IMG/VR virus record: IMGVR_UViG_3300010286_000009
Span: 1 to 27,917 of that record
Reading direction: 5' to 3' (one strand)
Source: a virus
Lineage: Duplodnaviria > Caudoviricetes
Length of the DNA: 27,917 nt
The notes beneath the pieces were generated by a model. It did not search any database and had not been told where the DNA came from. It saw only the letters and a list, made by a program, of their open reading frames with translations. The position numbers and the translations under genes were made by a program. This document shows positions 8,448 to 15,120 of this stretch, in pieces. Within the stretch, counting starts at the first letter, position 1, and every line of letters starts with the position of its first letter.

Positions 8448-8510
8448 GCGGGGTTGTGACCGCGCCGTTTCCGGCCCCGCATTACCCCGGCTAGGCCGGG
8501 TCACTCTGCG
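8448..8510 (-). ncRNA. Twister self-cleaving ribozyme (circularly permuted, P5-type)
   Basis: Minus strand reads GCA-GA-GUGA-[CCCGGC cua GCCGGG]-G-UAA-UGC-G-GG-[GCCG gaaa CGGC]-GCGG-UCAC-AA-CC-CCGC. All stems and both pseudoknots (UCAC/GUGA, GG/CC) pair. Confidence 0.88.
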
Positions 8511-9650
8511 TTATTTATCGGATATTCTCCTAAGCGCGTATTCTGCGTTGTCGTTCAAAAGCCGCTGCCATGCGGAGCAGGAAGGGGCCCAGCGGAAGCC
8601 GTTGGATTTTAACGTGCTACGGGTTTTCTCGCTTGGCTTCTCATCAAAAATCAACTGCAGGCGCATATCGTATTTGTTCCTGATAATACGGGCGGTCTCG
8701 CCGCATATGGTTATTGTTTCGGGGGAGTCGCTTCCGTCAGCGGCATTTGCCTGGGCTTTGGGTGATAGGCCCTTGAGATGCTGATAAATTACCGCCTTGT
8801 TTCCGCTGCCGGATATGCGCCCGATAATTAGGCCGTATTTCATTTCGGCGGTCAGGGGGATTGCCTCCATCTCGCGCTTATCAAGATTATAGCGGAGCAG
8901 GTTTTCGCCGGTCTCGTCAACTTGGAGCGATAGAAATTCTTTGTAATGCCGTTTGCCGTCGGTGAAGTTGAGATAAAGCTCGTAATACCATTCCGGACTC
9001 TCGGGGTTAAAGGTTGATTTGCGAGTTCTGCCGGTTCCCCATAAAGCGACTATTTCCTCAAAGGTTTTAGCTCCGTTTACCGAGACATTTGCCTGCTGCT
9101 CTGCAAATTCTTCCGGCGCGAGCTTTAGAAGGCGCTCTTTAAGGCGGCGGATTTCGGCTTTGTTATATCCCCATCTATCAGGGGGAGCAGCTTCAAGCGT
9201 CGCGATTTTTGCTTTAATGCGCTCGACCGCGTTTTCGTCGTCGCTGTATATCGTTCCGGCGTTCTGCCCGATTGCCCGGATTTCGTCTATAATCGAGTCG
9301 GGGTTCTGCTTCATCAAAGCATCTTCGCGGGCGTTTTGTCTCTCCTTCGCTCTGACGGGGAAGTTCGACCCGCCTGCAACGAGTATTGACGGGACGCGGG
9401 CGCGGTTTTCATAAAGCTCATTTAGCCAGGCCAGTTTTTTTACTTTGTAGAGGTTCAGCAGGTAATCAACTCTTTCGGCGCGTTCTGCAGTGGCACCGGC
9501 CCGGGCCAGTCTTTCTTTCGCTTTGCGGGCGGCCTCTTCGGCTGCTTTGCAATACTCGTTATATTCGGCGGTGGCGCTGCCGGGTTTGTAGTCGCTAAAG
9601 CTGTTAGCCTCTTTCGCTCTGCGGGCATTCTCTTCTAAGACGTTCAGCAT
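8511..9650 (-). CDS. DUF3560-like protein
   Basis: PSILVAGGSNFP and C-terminal RLQLIFDEKP...LKSNGFRWAPSCSAWQR; start chosen from AAAGGGG RBS spacing. Confidence 0.7.
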   Translation of the reverse strand: MLNVLEENARRAKEANSFSDYKPGSATAEYNEYCKAAEEAARKAKERLARAGATAERAERVDYLLNLYKVKKLAWLNELYENRARVPSILVAGGSNFPVRAKERQNAREDALMKQNPDSIIDEIRAIGQNAGTIYSDDENAVERIKAKIATLEAAPPDRWGYNKAEIRRLKERLLKLAPEEFAEQQANVSVNGAKTFEEIVALWGTGRTRKSTFNPESPEWYYELYLNFTDGKRHYKEFLSLQVDETGENLLRYNLDKREMEAIPLTAEMKYGLIIGRISGSGNKAVIYQHLKGLSPKAQANAADGSDSPETITICGETARIIRNKYDMRLQLIFDEKPSEKTRSTLKSNGFRWAPSCSAWQRLLNDNAEYALRRISDK

Positions 9651-9671
9651 TTTCATGTTCCCCTTTCTTGA

Positions 9672-9771
9672 TTTCATCGGTGCGTTGTGACCGTGGATTG
9701 AAATAACAGCGGAAAAACCGCGGGAAATTGCCCAGATGGTCGCTTCACTCACGGGGAGCGTGGATTGAAAT
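9672..9771 (+). CRISPR. Type I-C-like mini array: degenerate repeat, 34 bp spacer, near-canonical repeat; no cas genes in the window
   Basis: Repeat 2 (9739-9771) is GTCGCTTCACTCACGGGGAGCGTGGATTGAAAT. Repeat 1 ends CGTGGATTGAAAT at 9704. Spacer is 9705-9738. Confidence 0.8.
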
Positions 9772-9778
9772 CTTGTTG

Positions 9779-10192
9779 TTACAGGATGGCGATAACCCTA
9801 GCGCCAACCATGCGGTGGATGTTATTGTTGTTGATGATAATCTCGCCCAGGTCGTCCCCGTACTCAGCGCGCTCCCCAGCAACGATGTAGGTCATCTCCC
9901 CGGTGTAGTCCTGGTGTAGCTCAAGGGCCTCGCGGATTTGTTCAGCTAAATACTCAACGTCTTCGGGGTCGTCGCTCTCGTAGCCGCGGTCATAGCCGCG
10001 AGAAATCTCGGTGGCGCAGGTGCCGTTGAGTCTGGTCTTGGTCTCAGCGGTCCAGTCATAAGACATGGCGCAATACTGGCCAACCCGTTTGGCCTTACCG
10101 GTACGGATGCCGTACACGGTGTATCCGTACTTGCGATACGCAGACTGGATAGCGTTAATGATGCTGTAGATGTCAACGGTTGTGCGGGTCAT
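9779..10192 (-). CDS. Hypothetical protein, first gene of the minus-strand cassette
   Basis: GGAGGT RBS before MTRTT; acidic, Tyr-rich. Confidence 0.75.
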   Translation of the reverse strand: MTRTTVDIYSIINAIQSAYRKYGYTVYGIRTGKAKRVGQYCAMSYDWTAETKTRLNGTCATEISRGYDRGYESDDPEDVEYLAEQIREALELHQDYTGEMTYIVAGERAEYGDDLGEIIINNNNIHRMVGARVIAIL

Positions 10193-10236
10193 GCTGATTA
10201 CCTCCATTAGTTGTTACCGCGCCGGCGGAATTTTCT

Positions 10237-10299
10237 TTACGGTTTCATTGTATCACGATTTACCGTAATTGTCAATAGGAAAATCTTGATTTACCGTAA
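10237..10299 (-). promoter_or_regulatory. Leftward sigma-A promoter overlapped by a TTACGGT/ACCGTAA operator
   Basis: TTGACA (10275-10270), 17 bp, TGaTACAAT. Half-sites at 10237, 10262 and 10293. Confidence 0.8.
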
Positions 10300-10602
10300 T
10301 AATTGGCTGGTATTTGCTTCCAGCTCGCCCTTGCGCGATCGATCCGGTCGCCCAGTCATGCCGGCCGGCGGGTGCCCCGGTGGGGGATATGGCCGGCGCG
10401 GCCTGGGCGAGGTAAGTCCCACGAATACGCCAAAAATAAAAAAAAGCAAAAAAAGAAAAGAGGGAGTAAGAGAGGGGCGGGAGGGAAGGATTGAATCCAA
10501 CCCCCACCCCACACAATAAACGAGAAACCCCACCTAGGATTTTAAAAGTAATAAAAAATCAACGGTTTATAAAGGTTTAGAAGCATATGGACAATCGTAC
10601 GG

Positions 10603-10648
10603 AACGAATAGGGAGCGAATGGGGTAACGAACGGGGCAACGAACAGGT
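10603..10648 (+). repeat. Four tandem ARCGAAYRGG units, 11-12 bp period
   Basis: aacgaataggg, agcgaatgggg, aacgaacgggg, aacgaacaggt. Confidence 0.6.
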
Positions 10649-10714
10649 ATTTTTATAGTTTTGCGGATTGTGTGGGTGCAAACGGTGGGAGGCAATAAAA
10701 GAAAAGCGAGATTT

Positions 10715-10767
10715 TTACGGAAAAACAGTTGACACGTTACGGTGAATGTGATAACATTAAACCGTAA
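10715..10767 (+). promoter_or_regulatory. Rightward sigma-A promoter overlapped by the same operator
   Basis: TTGACA (10729-10734), 17 bp, TGaTAACAT. TTACGGT at 10737, ACCGTAA at 10761, TTACGGA at 10715. Confidence 0.78.
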
Positions 10768-10788
10768 TGATAGAGGGGAGGAAATGAC

Positions 10789-11550
10789 ATGCGGAATGTA
10801 GTAGCTTATTGCCGGGTTAGCACGGATGCGCAAGCCGGTGAAGATAGATTTGGGTTGGATGCGCAAAAGAAGATGATTATGGAGTATTGCGCGAAGAATG
10901 ATATGCAGATTTCGGACTGGTATATTGACGAGGGGGAGAGCGGGGTTAAGGATAACCGGCCACAACTGGATCGGTTGCTATATGGGGAAATAAAGAATCC
11001 TCCAGTGGAGGCGGTTGTGGTTGCCAAGAATGACAGAGTGGCGAGGGAAATCAAACTGTATTTTTACTATAAACAGCTGTTGTACGCGAAGGGCATGGAG
11101 CTTATTAGTGTGTCCGAGGATTTCGGGGAACTTGGTGTGTTTAGCGGGATTTTGGAGGCTTTCGTAATGTTTGTGGCAGAGCAGGAGCGGATGAATATTA
11201 CGAAACGCACTAGCGGTGGAAGGGCGGTTAAGGCTGCTAAGGGCGGATATGCTGGCGGGAGAGTACCGTATGGGTACACGGTGAAGGATAAGCAGCTGGT
11301 AATTGTGCCAGAAGAGGCCGAGGCGGTAAGGAAAATATTTGAGATGAAACGAGACGGCGCTACATTTAAGCAGATTGTGGATGTGCTGAATGCTGCTGGG
11401 TATAGGAATAAGAGTGGCGGGGAGTTTACAATTAGCACTGTGCAGTTTATATTGGGGAATGAAAGGCTGTACCAGGGGTTTTACAAGTATGGGAAGAATA
11501 GTGAATGGGTGAAAGGACAGCACGAGCCGATTTTGAATGACCGAAAATAG
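10789..11550 (+). CDS. Serine recombinase (catalytic plus recombinase domain, 253 aa)
   Basis: AYCRVST, DEGESG, RPQL, DRVAR, GGRVPYGY, GQHEPIL. Confidence 0.92.
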   Translation: MRNVVAYCRVSTDAQAGEDRFGLDAQKKMIMEYCAKNDMQISDWYIDEGESGVKDNRPQLDRLLYGEIKNPPVEAVVVAKNDRVAREIKLYFYYKQLLYAKGMELISVSEDFGELGVFSGILEAFVMFVAEQERMNITKRTSGGRAVKAAKGGYAGGRVPYGYTVKDKQLVIVPEEAEAVRKIFEMKRDGATFKQIVDVLNAAGYRNKSGGEFTISTVQFILGNERLYQGFYKYGKNSEWVKGQHEPILNDRK

Positions 11551-11668
11551 TTGCCAAATTAACTGTTTGGTAGCATATGATAGACTTGGAATAAGCAGGA
11601 GTCAGTGGTATAATTTGGTGAATAGAGTGGCATGATAGGAATTAATAAGTTAGAAAGGGGTTTATGAA

Positions 11669-12211
11669 GTGAAGCGGTGTCTTTTAGTAATGCTGGCGAT
11701 ATGTCTAATTGCTATGGCGGGTTGTTCATCGGAACAGCCAGAGCCTTCGGCTCAGGAAAGCTCAGTTGCAGTTACAGTAGTTAAGTCACCGGATGAGAGT
11801 GAAAATTCGAGAACCGATCAGGAAGATAATCGTCAGGAAATTAAAAAGAAGGTTATCGAGGTTCGTGAATGGTATGTAGATGATGTTTGGAATACGTTTG
11901 TAGATATTGATTCTTATATTGTGACTGGGAAAAGCGCTACTGGAGATACAATCGATATTGGTTTTGCGGTGAAACAATTCAACAAAGCCATGGGAAAGAA
12001 ATCAGATTATGATGAGTTCATGGCTGGGTTGGGTGAAGAATATTCAGAACTCAAAGATGTATGGAGCAAGGTTAGCGAGCAAATTGACGCATTGGCAAGC
12101 ATGATAAGTAGCGGAGTAAAACAGGGCGGGGATCGGTTTGATAGCGGATTGCTAGAGCAGTATTCGGATGCGTTTTATGATTTAGTAAATGAGTATTTCT
12201 TGAGACAATAA
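11669..12211 (+). CDS. Lipoprotein of unknown function (moron-like)
   Basis: Signal peptide with MAGC lipobox, S/E-rich linker and helical domain; GAAAGGGG RBS. Confidence 0.78.
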   Translation: MKRCLLVMLAICLIAMAGCSSEQPEPSAQESSVAVTVVKSPDESENSRTDQEDNRQEIKKKVIEVREWYVDDVWNTFVDIDSYIVTGKSATGDTIDIGFAVKQFNKAMGKKSDYDEFMAGLGEEYSELKDVWSKVSEQIDALASMISSGVKQGGDRFDSGLLEQYSDAFYDLVNEYFLRQ

Positions 12212-12226
12212 CAATTAGACAATTTT

Positions 12227-12272
12227 GAGCGCCCATGAGCGCCTTTCCGAACGAGGGAGGGCGCTTATTTTT
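12227..12272 (+). promoter_or_regulatory. Tandem GAGCGCC motif plus hairpin covering the terL RBS (attenuator-like)
   Basis: GAGCGCC-cat-GAGCGCC; stem AGCGCCTTTCC/GGGAGGGCGCT, then TATTTTT and ATG. Confidence 0.6.
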
Positions 12273-13919
12273 ATGTCTATTGAGCAGATATTGAAGAGCA
12301 TCAAAGCGGCAATTGATAAGAATCCGCATGATTTTGAGGCTTATCAGGACTATTTCGACACGCTTAGAGCACTTGGAAAAGAGGACAAGCCAAAGTCGTT
12401 TGAACATAATCTGTGGCTCCGGAAAGAAACCGCTCGGATGGTCAGGGAGTTGGACAATCCGGAGCTGATTGCAAAATTTTACGAGCTGAACAAAAAGACG
12501 TACTTGTATATGGCGCAGGATGATTTCGATTCGTATTGTATCTATCTGGAATGGAACCGGGAACCGCAAAAACGGTTTTATCAGCCTAGGCGCAAGGTGC
12601 TCCGTCCGCTGGTACAGGACTTACAGGATTTGGCGGATGGAAAGTTAGATTTTCTCGGGGTGTCTCTTCCCCCGCGCGTCGGAAAATCCACTTTGTGTAT
12701 TTTCTTCATGACTTGGCTGATGGGTAAACGCCCGGATGTGGCAAGTGTAATGTCTGGGCATAGTGATAAGCTGACGGATGGATTTTATCGAGAAGTATTA
12801 TCGATACTTACAGATCAATCTACCTACTTATGGGCTGACGTATTCCCTTCCGTACGGATTGTAGACACGTCTGCGAAGAACGAAACCATAGACCTGAACC
12901 GAAAGAAGCGTTTCCCTACCTTCACGGCACGTTCTATAGGCGGTACGCTTACTGGCGCGGTGGAAATTGGCGAGGGAGGATGCCTGTATGTGGACGACTT
13001 GGTTGAGGATTTGGAAGAAAGCCTCAATCCTGACCGCTTGCAGGCAAAATATGATGCGTACCTTAACCAGTTGAAAGACCGCAAAAAAGAGGGTGCAATC
13101 GAGCTGATGGTTGGTACACGCTGGAATGTGCTTGACCCGCTCGGAAGAATACAAGAACAATATAGAGACAATCCGCGTTATCGGTTTAGGGTAATTCCTG
13201 CGCTGAACGAGAAAGGCGAAAGCAATTTTGTCTACGATTATGGAGTAGGGTTTTCCACAGAGTATTATCTTGACATGAAGGCGAGCATTGACGATGCGAC
13301 CTGGTGTGCCAAATATATGGGAAGGCCGTATGTGCGCGAAGGATTGCTGTTCCCTGCCGATGAATTGAGGTACTATAACGGCGTATTGCCGGATGGGGAG
13401 CCGTATAAAATTGCCGTTTGCGACGTTGCATGGGGCGGTGGGGATAGCCTGTCCATGCCGTTTGCTTACATATATGGAACGGATGTGTATATTCACGACG
13501 TGATATTTAACCGTGGCGACAAGACGGTGACACAGCCGGTTGTTGTTGGCCGCACAAAACAGCACTTACCGCACAAGGAACGGTTTGAGGAGAACAATGG
13601 TGGCGGAGAGTATGCAGATGCGATAGACCAACAGCTTCGCCGAGATGGGGTTCATGTCAATATTGTCGCTCGGAAAGCTCCAAACAATCAGAGCAAGATG
13701 GGGCGAATTATCCAATTCTCGCCGGACATCAAGAAGTTTTACTTCTTAGACGAGAAGCACCGCACAAAAGAATATCAGGCGTTTATGGACGAGCTTTGCA
13801 CATTCTCACAGACTGGAAAGAACGCTCATGACGATGCTCCGGACAGCTTGGCAATGTTGGCTGACGAGCTTTACCATGGAACTGGTGCACGGGTTGAGCT
13901 TGGCAAGCGTCTGTGGTGA
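12273..13919 (+). CDS. terL: Terminase large subunit
   Basis: Walker A LPPRVGKS, Walker B LYVDD, GTRW, nuclease motifs DVAWGGGD and HDDAPDSL. Confidence 0.95.
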   Translation: MSIEQILKSIKAAIDKNPHDFEAYQDYFDTLRALGKEDKPKSFEHNLWLRKETARMVRELDNPELIAKFYELNKKTYLYMAQDDFDSYCIYLEWNREPQKRFYQPRRKVLRPLVQDLQDLADGKLDFLGVSLPPRVGKSTLCIFFMTWLMGKRPDVASVMSGHSDKLTDGFYREVLSILTDQSTYLWADVFPSVRIVDTSAKNETIDLNRKKRFPTFTARSIGGTLTGAVEIGEGGCLYVDDLVEDLEESLNPDRLQAKYDAYLNQLKDRKKEGAIELMVGTRWNVLDPLGRIQEQYRDNPRYRFRVIPALNEKGESNFVYDYGVGFSTEYYLDMKASIDDATWCAKYMGRPYVREGLLFPADELRYYNGVLPDGEPYKIAVCDVAWGGGDSLSMPFAYIYGTDVYIHDVIFNRGDKTVTQPVVVGRTKQHLPHKERFEENNGGGEYADAIDQQLRRDGVHVNIVARKAPNNQSKMGRIIQFSPDIKKFYFLDEKHRTKEYQAFMDELCTFSQTGKNAHDDAPDSLAMLADELYHGTGARVELGKRLW

Positions 13920-13990
13920 ACACAATATGTAGTATTTAATACACATATAATACACTACATATTGACAAAATGACAATTTTGTGGTATAAT
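13920..13990 (+). promoter_or_regulatory. Sigma-A promoter with two NrdR-like boxes
   Basis: ACACAATATGTAGTAT (13920) and ACACTACATATTGACA (13952), 32 bp apart. TTGACA at 13962, 17 bp, TGgTATAAT. Confidence 0.75.
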
Positions 13991-14025
13991 ATGGTAAAGC
14001 AAAGAGGAATGTGGGGTGATAGCGG

Positions 14026-14790
14026 TTGCGGGTAATAGTCAGAGTTTACCCGGAGGAAATGGAATACCTAACGCTTTACCCCATAGCCGATGTTCAGTGG
14101 GGTGCTCCGAACTGCAAAGAGCGAGAGTTTAGGGAGTATGTAACTAGGATAAAAAACGACCCGACCGCCGCTGTGCTGCTGGCTGGAGATTTGATTAACA
14201 ACGGAATCAAATCGTCCAAGACCGATGTGTATCAAGAGAAGTACCCGCCGGATGTTCAGAAGGAAATGATTACCGACATCCTTGAGCCAATTTCGGACAA
14301 GATTGTTGCCGGCACAGACGGGAATCATGAGCACAGAACCACCAGAGAGTCATGCCAAGACCCGACGAAAGATATATTTAGGGCGCTTGGCATCAAAGAC
14401 AGGTACTTGCCGGATGGGGCTGGAATTGTAAAGATTTCGCTTGGGAAAAAGGCAAATGGGAAACCTGTTACATACTCGATTTATTTGGCCCATGGAAGTG
14501 GTGGTGGCGGTCAGCTAGGCTCTGGAATAAGCAGACAGGACAACTACCAATTAGCCATTGAAGGCATTGACATATCCATCACGGGACACACGCATAAACC
14601 GGCTAAAATACCGTCTGCAAGATTGATTTTTGACCCTAGGAATAACAAAGTCATTGAGAGCAATACGCTGATTTTTGTATGTACCTCATGGCTCGATTAT
14701 GGAGGGTACGCTATCAGGGGGCAGATGCGCCCGACAGCATTTTACCCTGATACCATCCGATTGGATGGGCGCGAAAAGAGATGGCAATAA
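14026..14790 (+). CDS. Calcineurin-like metallophosphoesterase
   Basis: ADVQ (DxH variant), GDLINN, GNHE, AHG and GHTH motifs. Confidence 0.88.
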   Translation: MRVIVRVYPEEMEYLTLYPIADVQWGAPNCKEREFREYVTRIKNDPTAAVLLAGDLINNGIKSSKTDVYQEKYPPDVQKEMITDILEPISDKIVAGTDGNHEHRTTRESCQDPTKDIFRALGIKDRYLPDGAGIVKISLGKKANGKPVTYSIYLAHGSGGGGQLGSGISRQDNYQLAIEGIDISITGHTHKPAKIPSARLIFDPRNNKVIESNTLIFVCTSWLDYGGYAIRGQMRPTAFYPDTIRLDGREKRWQ

Positions 14791-14815
14791 AAAATCGGAA
14801 CATTGTGGGTATACA

Positions 14816-15095
14816 ACACCCCCAAAATAAGCGCAGGGGTGGGAGCGCTGGGGTGAAAAACATTGAAAAAAGGTGCTAGTTTGCGGACTATGCCGGTGTG
14901 GGAGTGCTCTGTAGCTCCCTACTACTTTGCCAGCTGGGCTCCGGGATGGCCTCCGGAGTTTTAATGATAGGGCGGTGGGAGGGTTCCTTAGGGCGGAATG
15001 CCTTCCACCAAATGACACTTCCTTATACCTCCTTTCTCCCACCCTCATACCTGCGCCGGGCTTTCCTCCTTTCTCCCGGCGCGGGTCAATGAGGG
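14816..15095 (+). ncRNA. Candidate structured RNA/leader with multiple hairpins and two anti-SD motifs
   Basis: Series of GC-rich stems; CCTCCTTTCT at 15028 and 15065, the latter in a hairpin loop. Confidence 0.45.
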
Positions 15096-15120
15096 AAAAA
15101 CATTAAAGGAGCGATGATAA

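Noticed and set aside
9651-9752. N-terminal extension of the 413 aa minus-strand ORF
   Set aside because: It runs through the CRISPR unit without an RBS; the RBS supports a start at 9650.
9806-9830. GCGGTGGATGTTAT as a third CRISPR repeat
   Set aside because: It does not fit the 67 bp period, lacks TGAAAT and lies inside a coding sequence.
10211-10533. ORFs across the GC-rich/A-tract block
   Set aside because: Low-complexity translations overlapping promoters; better explained as a non-coding signal region.
10789-11550. Calling the serine recombinase the prophage integrase
   Set aside because: It is too short for a large serine integrase, lacks the zinc-ribbon domain, and phage genes continue on both sides with no att junction.
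12225-12272. TTG start of terL at 12225
   Set aside because: It has no RBS and overlaps the regulatory hairpin; ATG 12273 follows GGAGG.
14860-15010. tRNA gene in the hairpin-rich intergenic region
   Set aside because: No cloverleaf or TTCGA T-loop was found.
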